From contig CAZOCM010000002.1 of assembly GCA_964578305.1 (NCBI GenBank), forward strand, positions 958 through 64,957: DNA of 64,000 bases, in the 5' to 3' direction. The notes beneath the pieces were generated by a model. It worked only from the letters and a program-made list of their open reading frames with translations. It had not been told where the DNA came from and ran no database searches. This document shows positions 1-7,925 of this stretch, piece by piece (position 1 is the stretch's first letter; every line of letters begins with the position of its first letter). The DNA comes from an uncultured Candidatus Saccharibacteria bacterium. GTDB lineage: Bacteria > Patescibacteriota > Saccharimonadia > Saccharimonadales > UBA4665. The position numbers were made by a program, and so were the translations under genes.

Positions 1-202
1 TTGGACTCATCAGCATGAATACACATTCATGAAGCGGTTTAGAGAAAAGTAGATTGGAGCAAGAATGCTCAACATATCTAAGTTTCTCTAATGCGTCGTC
101 CTAGCCGGAGGACGGGAATGAGTGCGATTAATTATCGCTCTTTCATTCCTCGTCCCCAGCATAGGCGACCTCTGACTATCTATTCTCCTTATTTTGAGAT
201 GA

Positions 203-958
203 TTATTTGCCTAATCCCTTAGACTTGCACGGAAATACTTCAGCTGCGAAACCTTCACCCTTAGGGCCAAGTTTGACTGTCCCGGTAAGACCGAGCGAGT
301 AACCTAGACCTTCGAAAGTCCCGCTGCCTTCGAGGCGTGGTGCAAGTTCCTTGATACCGATTGTGCGTTCTATCTTGTTCACGAAATTCAGTTGGTTGTC
401 TACGTCGTCGCCAAACCCTTCACATTGTTCATCTGCATCACCCTGTTGCGGGATCAATGTACCTTTGAGGGTAATACCTTCGCCAAGTGCGCCTTCAGCT
501 CCTTCGCAAGTGAACGTCATTCCAACGTGTTCCATTTCCACGTTGATAGGGTGCTCTTCGCCAAATACTTTTGCGGGCCAGCCCGGAAGGTTATTGGCCG
601 AAACTATCGGGCGAGGACACACTTCCGCATCAGTTGATGGTATTGGTGCCGGTTGGCATGTCGTAAATGCGAGGGACTGAGTTTCCCCAAATCCTTGAGT
701 TGGTTCGTTCCAGACTGTCTCTACAATTTCAACAGAGCACTTGGCCTTGATTAGTGATGGACTGACGTGTTTTCGTTTCAAGGAAACGAACAGTGAGCCT
801 GTTCCTTCAGCTAATTCATGAATGCCTTCGGCGATCGGCGTCCCGTGAAGACCGACTTCTTCGTGCGTGTACCATCGAGTTTCGCTGGCTGTTGCTGTTC
901 CAGTCATAACCCACGTCGAGATAACAAAAAGCAGAGCCAATAGGCACTTACGGTGCAT
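203..958 (-). CDS. Secreted hypothetical protein (signal peptide; six Cys in the mature part) in a GC-rich segment
   Basis: 251-aa ORF with AAGGAG 8 nt upstream of the ATG on the minus strand. N-terminus MHRKCLLALLFVISTWVMTGTATA looks like a Sec signal. No family recognised. G+C is much higher than the rest of the window. Confidence 0.6.
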   Translation of the reverse strand: MHRKCLLALLFVISTWVMTGTATASETRWYTHEEVGLHGTPIAEGIHELAEGTGSLFVSLKRKHVSPSLIKAKCSVEIVETVWNEPTQGFGETQSLAFTTCQPAPIPSTDAEVCPRPIVSANNLPGWPAKVFGEEHPINVEMEHVGMTFTCEGAEGALGEGITLKGTLIPQQGDADEQCEGFGDDVDNQLNFVNKIERTIGIKELAPRLEGSGTFEGLGYSLGLTGTVKLGPKGEGFAAEVFPCKSKGLGK

Positions 959-1164
959 CTTTTCATCTCCTTTTTAAGGTACGATAGACAGTTACATGCT
1001 AGACGTATCGGCATTCGTCTTTGGTGGGTTGAACCACGCCGCAAGAGTGCTATTTTTAGTCCTCTCGTTAATTAACTTCAATGTGGTTGCAGTTAAATAA
1101 CCATAGGAAGGTAAGTTATTATAAAAGAAGTATAAGCATTCTACAATTTCTACACCGTTTGCCA

Positions 1165-1193
1165 TTGACTAAGAAGCAATAGCGTGTTATTAT
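1165..1193 (+). promoter_or_regulatory. Sigma70-like promoter TTGACT-N17-TATTAT upstream of the KGG-repeat stress gene
   Basis: TTGACT at 1165..1170, a 17-nt spacer, and TATTAT at 1188..1193, about 95 nt upstream of the ATG at 1289. Confidence 0.45.
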
Positions 1194-1212
1194 AGTAATG
1201 TTTTCGACTGAG

Positions 1213-1250
1213 AAAAGAGGGTTTCATTATACATGGAACTCTTTTTATTT
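1213..1250 (+). promoter_or_regulatory. Terminator-like hairpin plus U-run inside the 5' leader of the KGG stress gene (possible attenuator)
   Basis: AAAAGA(1213-1218)/TCTTTT(1240-1245) and GTTTC(1221-1225)/GGAAC(1235-1239) pair around a 9-nt loop, followed by TATTT. It lies between the predicted promoter and the SD AAGGAG. Confidence 0.35.
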
Positions 1251-1288
1251 CGCTCGAGAGATGTCTTTAATGAATAAGGAGTAATTAG

Positions 1289-1477
1289 ATGGCAGGAACT
1301 AAAGCTGGCGGTCAAGCAGCCGCTGCAACCAATAAAAAGAAATACGGTAGTGATTTTTATGCAAAAATCGGTGCTAAAGGTGGTAAGTTAGGTCACACTG
1401 GTGGTTTTTACGCCAATCGTGATCTTGCTAGAACTGCTGGTGCTAAAGGTGGAAGAATTAGCCGTAGATCTAAATAA
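1289..1477 (+). CDS. KGG-repeat general stress protein (YciG/GsiB-like)
   Basis: 62 aa with repeated GAKGG / KGG motifs (GAKGGKLGHTGGF, GAKGGRIS). AAGGAG SD upstream. Confidence 0.75.
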   Translation: MAGTKAGGQAAAATNKKKYGSDFYAKIGAKGGKLGHTGGFYANRDLARTAGAKGGRISRRSK

Positions 1478-1502
1478 GCTTAATTTAATTAAAGCTTTTT
1501 AA

Positions 1503-1527
1503 ATAGCCTTAAATTTCTTAAGGCTAT
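1503..1527. terminator. Bidirectional intrinsic terminator between convergent genes
   Basis: Perfect 10-bp stem ATAGCCTTAA / TTAAGGCTAT with loop ATTTC, flanked by an A-run on the left and a T-run on the right. Confidence 0.6.
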
Positions 1528-1529
1528 TT

Positions 1530-2012
1530 TTAATGCAAAGTATCAGAGTAAATAATATTCTTTGTAACTCTGTAAGTTCTACAAAATCTATTAGTTGATA
1601 CACGCCAAACAGTTTTACAGTTAAAACACCTATATTGATGATAGTTTTCTTGTTGAATACTCTTAGCGGTGCAATTTGGACAAATACTTCTGTTATATAC
1701 CCAGTCTCTATACGTATCTAAACAATCTTCAATGTGGTCCTTATCTATTTCAAGGTTAAATTGCTTAGCTAGATCCTGTGCTTTATGCCAGGCGGCGACT
1801 TCAATATTAATTAATTCATAATCTGACTTATAAGTGGCATGGTTTAAGAGTGCGTGCCCAGTTTCATGAAGTAAAGACCATGTATCATGGATATTATTTG
1901 ATCCTTCTTTATATATAACCTGATTAGTTTTAGGAGACCAATAAAATTGATGACCTGATTTAAATTTTACTTCAGGGTACTTCTTTTTTAACTTAACTAT
2001 TAATTCTTGCAT
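1530..2012 (-). CDS. HExxH metallopeptidase-like protein with C-terminal Cys4 zinc-ribbon (ImmA/IrrE-like motif)
   Basis: LLHETGHALLNH motif. C-terminus has CPNC...CFNC. No closer family recognised. Confidence 0.5.
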   Translation of the reverse strand: MQELIVKLKKKYPEVKFKSGHQFYWSPKTNQVIYKEGSNNIHDTWSLLHETGHALLNHATYKSDYELINIEVAAWHKAQDLAKQFNLEIDKDHIEDCLDTYRDWVYNRSICPNCTAKSIQQENYHQYRCFNCKTVWRVSTNRFCRTYRVTKNIIYSDTLH

Positions 2013-2823
2013 GCGGATACACTTGTTTAGCTAAATCATAACAGCCAAATATAACAGCTTCATCAGGTCTTTGGGCTTTAATAATATCAGGCATTTTTAT
2101 TAAAGGAATATGATATTTTTTAACATCGGATTCTAAATATTTACCAAACTTTTCAAAATAGTTGCCGACCCCGCCACCAATTACGATAACTTCCGGCTCA
2201 AGCATAGCTATTAATTCAATAACTCCTTTGGCAATATTTCGACTAATATCTTGCCAATCATTTTTATCCGAGATGTCTTTAGCTTTTTTGCCATATCTAT
2301 TAACAATAGCTCTGCCGCTGGCAAAATCTTCCCAAGGCATTATCTTATTTTTAAATTCAAGAAGTAGTGTCCGGCCGCCACCATCACCAAAATTTTGATC
2401 AATAATAGAATTATTAACAAATCCAAAACCAATACCTGTACTTATAGTTATATAAAGAACAGTTTTATATTTATCCTTAAGCAGCATGGCTTCGGATAAG
2501 GCAGCCAGTTTTGCATCATTTTCAACTACTATTGGACAATGCGTTAATTGTTCTATATCTCTTTGTATAGCAACATTTTTCCAATGTAAATTTCCAAATT
2601 TTAGGGCTATACCATCTTTTCTATTAAGAACTGTTGCCGGGACACCGATTCCACCCGCTTCATACTCTTGTTCGTCAAATTCAGCCAATATACTTTTAAT
2701 ATCTCCTAAGAATTTATCATAATCATTATCTGTTGGAATGAGCTTCTTATCTTTAATAACACCTTCGTTATTTAAACTGGCAACAATTGTTTTAGTCCCT
2801 CCTACATCAATACCCACATACAT
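1993..2823 (-). CDS. ROK-family sugar kinase (glucokinase-like)
   Basis: N-terminal GIDVGGTKT phosphate-1 motif, ENDAKLAAL, and IGGGV. It lacks the CxCGxxGC zinc motif of many ROK proteins. The 3' end overlaps the next gene by 20 nt. Confidence 0.8.
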   Translation of the reverse strand: MYVGIDVGGTKTIVASLNNEGVIKDKKLIPTDNDYDKFLGDIKSILAEFDEQEYEAGGIGVPATVLNRKDGIALKFGNLHWKNVAIQRDIEQLTHCPIVVENDAKLAALSEAMLLKDKYKTVLYITISTGIGFGFVNNSIIDQNFGDGGGRTLLLEFKNKIMPWEDFASGRAIVNRYGKKAKDISDKNDWQDISRNIAKGVIELIAMLEPEVIVIGGGVGNYFEKFGKYLESDVKKYHIPLIKMPDIIKAQRPDEAVIFGCYDLAKQVYPHARINS

Positions 2824-2990
2824 ACTTATATATTAACACCTACCAATCTTTACTTAAATTAAGCTATCAGATAAAATATATGTAATCTTAAAGTCAGCAA
2901 ATTAACTGGTTATAAGTGGAGTTTTATACACAGTATCTGTAGCGGTGCTTTGTTTAATTAACTAGTATAAATTAATGGAGGAAGTAGTTC

Positions 2991-4106
2991 ATGGCGACAG
3001 CTGTAACTATGGATGAGTTATTAGCAAAATCTAAACTGGATGCCTTAAAAGTGGGTGAAGTAATTGAAGGTGAGATTACTGCTATCAAAAAAAATGAAAT
3101 TTGGGTAGATCTAGGTGCTTTTGGTATAGGAGTAGTACTTAGAAGGGAAATAGGACATGGCCAAGTTCTAGAAGTCGGTCAAAAAATTACTGTAAGTATA
3201 ATCGACCCAGAACTTGACGAAGGCTATGCGTTGCTTAGCATGAAAAGAGCAGTTAAAGACCGAGGCTGGGATGAACTGGAGCGTATAATTGAAGAAAGTG
3301 AAGTAATAGATATTATGCCCTATGATGCAAATAGAGGAGGTTTGTTGGTTGAGCTAGAAGGAATTAGAGGCTTCTTACCTGTATCACAACTTGCTGCAGG
3401 ACATTATCCAAGAGTATCAGGAGCAGATAAAGATGAAATACTTCAAAAGCTTCATTCACTTGTAAACAAAAACTTAAGAGTTCGAATTCTTGATGTAAGT
3501 CGAAAAGATAACAAATTAATATTTTCAGAAAAAGAAGCAGTTAAAGGTGATACTCAGGCAAAATTTAGTGAACTAAAAGTTGGAGATATTGTCGAAGGAG
3601 TAGTAACGGGTGTGATCGATTTCGGTGCATTTGTTAACGTTGAGGGCATTGAAGGTTTAATTCATATATCTGAAATATCTTGGGATAGAGTAGATAATCC
3701 GAAGAATTACGTCAAAGTAGGCGATAAAATTAAAGCCAAAATTATTGCTATAGATAAAGATAGACTTTCACTAAGTCTAAAACAAATGAATGAAGACCCT
3801 TGGCTTGAACAAGTTAAAACATTCAAAAAAGGTGATGTTGTTGAAGGAAAAGTTACAAGAATTACGCCATTTGGTGCTTTTGTACAGATTAGTTCTAGTG
3901 TAGAAGCTTTAGTCCATGTGTCTGAAATGAGTGATGACGACGCGGTAGATCCAGAAAAACTCTTTCAACTAAATGAAGTTAAAAAGTTTAAAGTTTTAGA
4001 TATAGACAGTGATAACCGCAAAATTGCACTAAGTTTAAAAGAAGCTAAAAAGAAGCCAGTCAAACCTGCTAAACCAGCCAAAAAAGTTGCTAAAAAAGAA
4101 TCATGA
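2991..4106 (+). CDS. rpsA: 30S ribosomal protein S1
   Basis: Four S1/OB repeats (for example GDIVEGVVTGVIDFGAFV and GDVVEGKVTRITPFGAFV). GGAGGA SD 8 nt upstream. Lys/Pro-rich C-terminal tail. Confidence 0.9.
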   Translation: MATAVTMDELLAKSKLDALKVGEVIEGEITAIKKNEIWVDLGAFGIGVVLRREIGHGQVLEVGQKITVSIIDPELDEGYALLSMKRAVKDRGWDELERIIEESEVIDIMPYDANRGGLLVELEGIRGFLPVSQLAAGHYPRVSGADKDEILQKLHSLVNKNLRVRILDVSRKDNKLIFSEKEAVKGDTQAKFSELKVGDIVEGVVTGVIDFGAFVNVEGIEGLIHISEISWDRVDNPKNYVKVGDKIKAKIIAIDKDRLSLSLKQMNEDPWLEQVKTFKKGDVVEGKVTRITPFGAFVQISSSVEALVHVSEMSDDDAVDPEKLFQLNEVKKFKVLDIDSDNRKIALSLKEAKKKPVKPAKPAKKVAKKES

Positions 4107-4155
4107 TTAATATGTAAGAAGACTCTAATATTTTAGGGTCGGAAAGGAGCCAATA

Positions 4156-5940
4156 ATGTCTGAAGACACCACCCAAATCACGACCATCGATATTGAAGAA
4201 TCAATAACAGTTGGCGCCTTAGCAGAGAAGTTATCAATTCCTGTTACTAAGCTTATTACTGAGCTTATGAAAAACGGAGTAATGGCAACAGTAAATGAAA
4301 AAATAGATTTTGATACAGCCCAAATCATAGTCGAAGAACTTGATCTTGGCCTTAAATTAAACAGAGCTAAGCAAGAAGAAGACCCAATAACAATAAGAGA
4401 AAAACCAAAAAGTTCTAAAAAAACTGGCCAAGCTAGACCACCAGTAGTAGCCTTAATGGGACATGTCGATCATGGTAAAACAAGTTTACTAGACGCTATA
4501 AGAGTAGCAAATGTCGTTAAGGATGAGGCAGGAGGCATTACTCAACATATTTCTGCCTATCAAATAGAGCATAATAAGCGCACTATTACTTTTCTTGACA
4601 CCCCTGGGCACGAAGCATTTGCTGCTATTAGACAACATGGTGCTCATCTGACAGATATCGTTATTATAGTTGTGGCTGCAGATGATGGCGTTAAACCTCA
4701 AACAATTGAAGCAATTAGGTATGCCAAAAAAGCCGGCGTTAAAATTTTGGTAGCTATTAATAAAATAGACAAGCCCGATGCGGATATAAATAAAGTAAAA
4801 CAACAGTTATCTGACAACGGATTAATAATTGAAGAGTGGGGTGGAGATATAGTTACCCAAGAAGTATCTGCTAAAAACAAAAAAGGTATCAATGAATTAC
4901 TTGATATGATCTTACTTTTAACAGATATTGAAGAACTTAAAGCAGATTACGATGTGCCAGCCACAGGTTTGGTTATTGAATCACATTTAGAACAAGGTAG
5001 AGGTTCTGTTGCCCAAGTATTGGTTGAAGAAGGGACTTTAAAATTATCACAATACGTCGTGGCTGGAGTGTCTTATGCCAAAATCCGAAACTTAGAATCA
5101 ACAGATAATAAACCACTAAAAATAGCAACACCTGCGATGCCAGTATTAATTACTGGTTTTAAATCTTTACCTGAGTTTGGAGATGAATTTACAGTAGTTA
5201 ATAGTGAAAAAGAAGCTAAAATTATGGCCAATAAACTTACAGAAGACAGAAAAACGTCTGGCAATAAATTAAATATGGGAAGTAATGAATTAATTCGACT
5301 TATTAATCGAGACAGGGAACTTAGCGAGCTAAACATTATTATTAAAGCTGACGTTCAAGGCTCGCTAACATCTGTCATAAGTAGCTTAAAAGCTTTAGAT
5401 ACAGCCGAAGTAGCTGTCAGAATTGTAGGTACTGGCATCGGCCCAATCTCTGAAAATGATTTATATTTAGCTATCACATCCAATGCTTTAATATATGGAT
5501 TCAATGTACCTCTTTCTTCAAGTGCCAAACAACAAGCTAATAGAGATAAAATTAAAGTTAGGTTATATAACGTAATCTACGAATTAATTGATGATGTTAA
5601 AGAAGAGTTATCTAATTTATTAACACCTCAAATTGTTGAAAATGAACTTGGAACACTTGAGATAAAAGGAGTATTTAAGACAACTAAAACTGAAATCATA
5701 TGTGGCGGTGAAGTCACCAAGGGTAAATTGACCCAACCTTCGCTTGTTAAAATACTCAAAGATAAAAAGGAAATAGCACAAGCAGAACTGACAAACCTTC
5801 AAAAAGGACCTAATGAAGTTAAAGAAGTGGTAGCAGGTGAAATGTGCGGTCTTAGACTTAAAACTACTAAAAAAATTACACTTGAAGAAGGTGATAAATT
5901 AGTAGTATTTACCAGAGAAACCGTACAAAGAAAACTTTAA
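4156..5940 (+). CDS. infB: Translation initiation factor IF-2 (short N-terminus)
   Basis: G-domain motifs GHVDHGKTS, DTPGHEAF and NKID. AAAGGAG SD upstream. Confidence 0.95.
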   Translation: MSEDTTQITTIDIEESITVGALAEKLSIPVTKLITELMKNGVMATVNEKIDFDTAQIIVEELDLGLKLNRAKQEEDPITIREKPKSSKKTGQARPPVVALMGHVDHGKTSLLDAIRVANVVKDEAGGITQHISAYQIEHNKRTITFLDTPGHEAFAAIRQHGAHLTDIVIIVVAADDGVKPQTIEAIRYAKKAGVKILVAINKIDKPDADINKVKQQLSDNGLIIEEWGGDIVTQEVSAKNKKGINELLDMILLLTDIEELKADYDVPATGLVIESHLEQGRGSVAQVLVEEGTLKLSQYVVAGVSYAKIRNLESTDNKPLKIATPAMPVLITGFKSLPEFGDEFTVVNSEKEAKIMANKLTEDRKTSGNKLNMGSNELIRLINRDRELSELNIIIKADVQGSLTSVISSLKALDTAEVAVRIVGTGIGPISENDLYLAITSNALIYGFNVPLSSSAKQQANRDKIKVRLYNVIYELIDDVKEELSNLLTPQIVENELGTLEIKGVFKTTKTEIICGGEVTKGKLTQPSLVKILKDKKEIAQAELTNLQKGPNEVKEVVAGEMCGLRLKTTKKITLEEGDKLVVFTRETVQRKL

Positions 5941-5971
5941 TGCTACAATATAATTAAATTAGAAAGTTCAT

Positions 5972-6460
5972 ATGCTAAGAATAGATAATAACTTACTTAT
6001 TGAATTAGGCTTAGGAAGTTTACCAGATAGTGAAAAAAATAGTTTACTAAAACACGTCTACGACACTTTAGAAATGCGAGTTGGAATGCGACTTGCAGAT
6101 CAAATGAGTAACGATCAACTAGATGAATTTGAAAGATATTATGAAAGTAAAGATGATGCTGGAGCATTTAAATGGCTTGAAACTAACTTCCCTAATTACA
6201 AAGACATTGTCCAAGAAGAATTCGATAAATTAAAAGGGGAAGTAGCACAATCTGCACCACAAATTTTAACTTCTTCAACTCAAGTTCCATCAACTTCTCA
6301 AACACAACCAAACATGGCTCCAACCCAGGGTGACCAATCGTCAAATCAAATGCCTACTAACCCTCAGCCTCAAGTTCAAGACGATAAATATCAATCTTCT
6401 TCGGAAAATCAGTCAAATTTTCCAAGCGATCAGCCCCCTCCAGGACCTTCCCAAAATTAG
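5972..6460 (+). CDS. Hypothetical protein with a helical N-terminal domain and a Q/P/S-rich disordered tail
   Basis: 162-aa ORF with good coding context. The C-terminal 70 aa are low complexity (QPQVQ, PPPGPSQN). No confident family. Confidence 0.5.
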   Translation: MLRIDNNLLIELGLGSLPDSEKNSLLKHVYDTLEMRVGMRLADQMSNDQLDEFERYYESKDDAGAFKWLETNFPNYKDIVQEEFDKLKGEVAQSAPQILTSSTQVPSTSQTQPNMAPTQGDQSSNQMPTNPQPQVQDDKYQSSSENQSNFPSDQPPPGPSQN

Positions 6461-6463
6461 ATA

Positions 6464-7363
6464 TTAAGAAGTTTTATAACCTGCTAAAAATGCTTCTACG
6501 GACATTTCATTTTTACCTTGAGGAATTAATTTATCAAAAATGAGAATATTTTTTGTGGTGTAAATTCCCAACTCTTTATTTAACTGAAAGATATTTCCAG
6601 CTTTACCCTGACCACTTTTTAGATGAGCTTTAGTGACAATGATATTTGTATTATTTATTTTTATTTTACTTCGAGGCCATTCAATATAGGCTCGTATTTC
6701 TCGCTCTAATTTGTCTGCCGGTTTAAGAAAGTCTATTTGTCCGTCTTCTTTAGTTAATTTTCTCGAATAACTTGGTCTCCCTTTTTGATTATAGGGAGAT
6801 ATTTTGCCATTTATATAGTTTGGAATAGTGGATATTAGTAAGCTCTGGCTTAGTTTAATTAATTTTGTTGTTAATTGAATTGAATCTATATTTTTATCCA
6901 GATTAATAGACTTCTGAGTTAACAGTTGACCTTCATCCATTGCCTCGTTTATTAATATTATACTAACCCCGGTTAATTTATCACCATTTAAAATAGCAAA
7001 ACTTATCGGGTCAGCACCTCTCCACTTTGGAAGAAGTGAAAAATGACTATTGATAATTCCTAATTGAAAATAATCTATTACATCTTTACTTATAATAATG
7101 CCGTAATCTATTACGACTCCAAGTCGACTTTTAAACTTTCTTTTTTTTATTAGTTCTGACAATTCTAATTTGTTGGACGCATATTCTATTTTAAGATTGT
7201 TTTTTACACTAACTGCAATGACTTCAAACTTATTTTTATGATGTAGGGGCTGTGGTTTAGTTATTACAACTTCAATATTAAAGTCAGCTGACAATAGCTC
7301 TAATGCTTTAGCTGCAACAGGGCCACTACCAAAGAATACGACTGTTTCGGATATCTTTTTCAT
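6464..7363 (-). CDS. fmt: Methionyl-tRNA formyltransferase
   Basis: HFSLLPKWRGADPI motif (compare E. coli HGSLLPRWRGAAPI). Lies downstream of def in the classic def-fmt pair. Confidence 0.9.
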   Translation of the reverse strand: MKKISETVVFFGSGPVAAKALELLSADFNIEVVITKPQPLHHKNKFEVIAVSVKNNLKIEYASNKLELSELIKKRKFKSRLGVVIDYGIIISKDVIDYFQLGIINSHFSLLPKWRGADPISFAILNGDKLTGVSIILINEAMDEGQLLTQKSINLDKNIDSIQLTTKLIKLSQSLLISTIPNYINGKISPYNQKGRPSYSRKLTKEDGQIDFLKPADKLEREIRAYIEWPRSKIKINNTNIIVTKAHLKSGQGKAGNIFQLNKELGIYTTKNILIFDKLIPQGKNEMSVEAFLAGYKTS

Positions 7364-7898
7364 AATCCAATTGCTCTAATTTACCTTCATCGGTTAAATA
7401 AAAGAATGCCTCTTTTTTATTTTTAATATGATCTATAAAAAGTATGCCTTGGCAATGATCTATTTCATGTTGGAAAATCCTAGCCATAAACCCATCAGCT
7501 GTAACACGGAATTCTTGGCCGTTTTCATCTTGGGCTTTAATCTTAACTTTTGGAAATCTTGAGACTTTACCATAAATATTAGGCACACTTAAACATCCTT
7601 CAAAATCTTCTATTTCAGCACCTTCTTTTTTAACAATTTCCGGGTTTATAAAAGCCGTAAATTTATGGTCCTCTTTATCTTCATAATTGTTTTTTACGAC
7701 TATTATTTTATAAAGTTTATCAATTTGAACAGCGGCCAGAGCAACACCAACTTCATGATCTCGATTCTCATCCCAATTGGTAGTCGCCAATTTCATATCT
7801 TTAACTATTTTTTTAATTAGATTTGTAATTAAGCCTACTTTTTTAGACTTTTGCCTTAAATGTGGGTTAGGTAAGGATATAATATCGTCTTTAGTCAT
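7326..7898 (-). CDS. def: Peptide deformylase
   Basis: Motifs GVALAAVQI, EGCLSVP and QHEIDH. The ATG at 7898 is preferred over the TTG at 7922. The 3' end overlaps fmt by 38 nt. Confidence 0.9.
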   Translation of the reverse strand: MTKDDIISLPNPHLRQKSKKVGLITNLIKKIVKDMKLATTNWDENRDHEVGVALAAVQIDKLYKIIVVKNNYEDKEDHKFTAFINPEIVKKEGAEIEDFEGCLSVPNIYGKVSRFPKVKIKAQDENGQEFRVTADGFMARIFQHEIDHCQGILFIDHIKNKKEAFFYLTDEGKLEQLDYEKDIRNSRILW

Positions 7899-7925
7899 AA
7901 GATATATGAGAGTATAGATCAAATA

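Noticed and set aside
97-155. Overlapping hairpins (CGTCCT/AGGACG at 97..114 and a stem of about 19 bp at 110..155) downstream of the secreted-protein gene, which might form a switch
   Set aside because: This is most simply a U-tract-less terminator stem-loop for the minus-strand gene. The shared GGACG arm may be incidental, and the window edge leaves too little context.
351-680. Plus-strand ORFs of 109 and 81 aa (also 392..637) antisense to the secreted-protein gene
   Set aside because: They lie fully inside the stronger 251-aa minus-strand gene, have no RBS, and give Pro/Ser/Cys-rich nonsense translations. They are typical shadow ORFs of GC-rich DNA.
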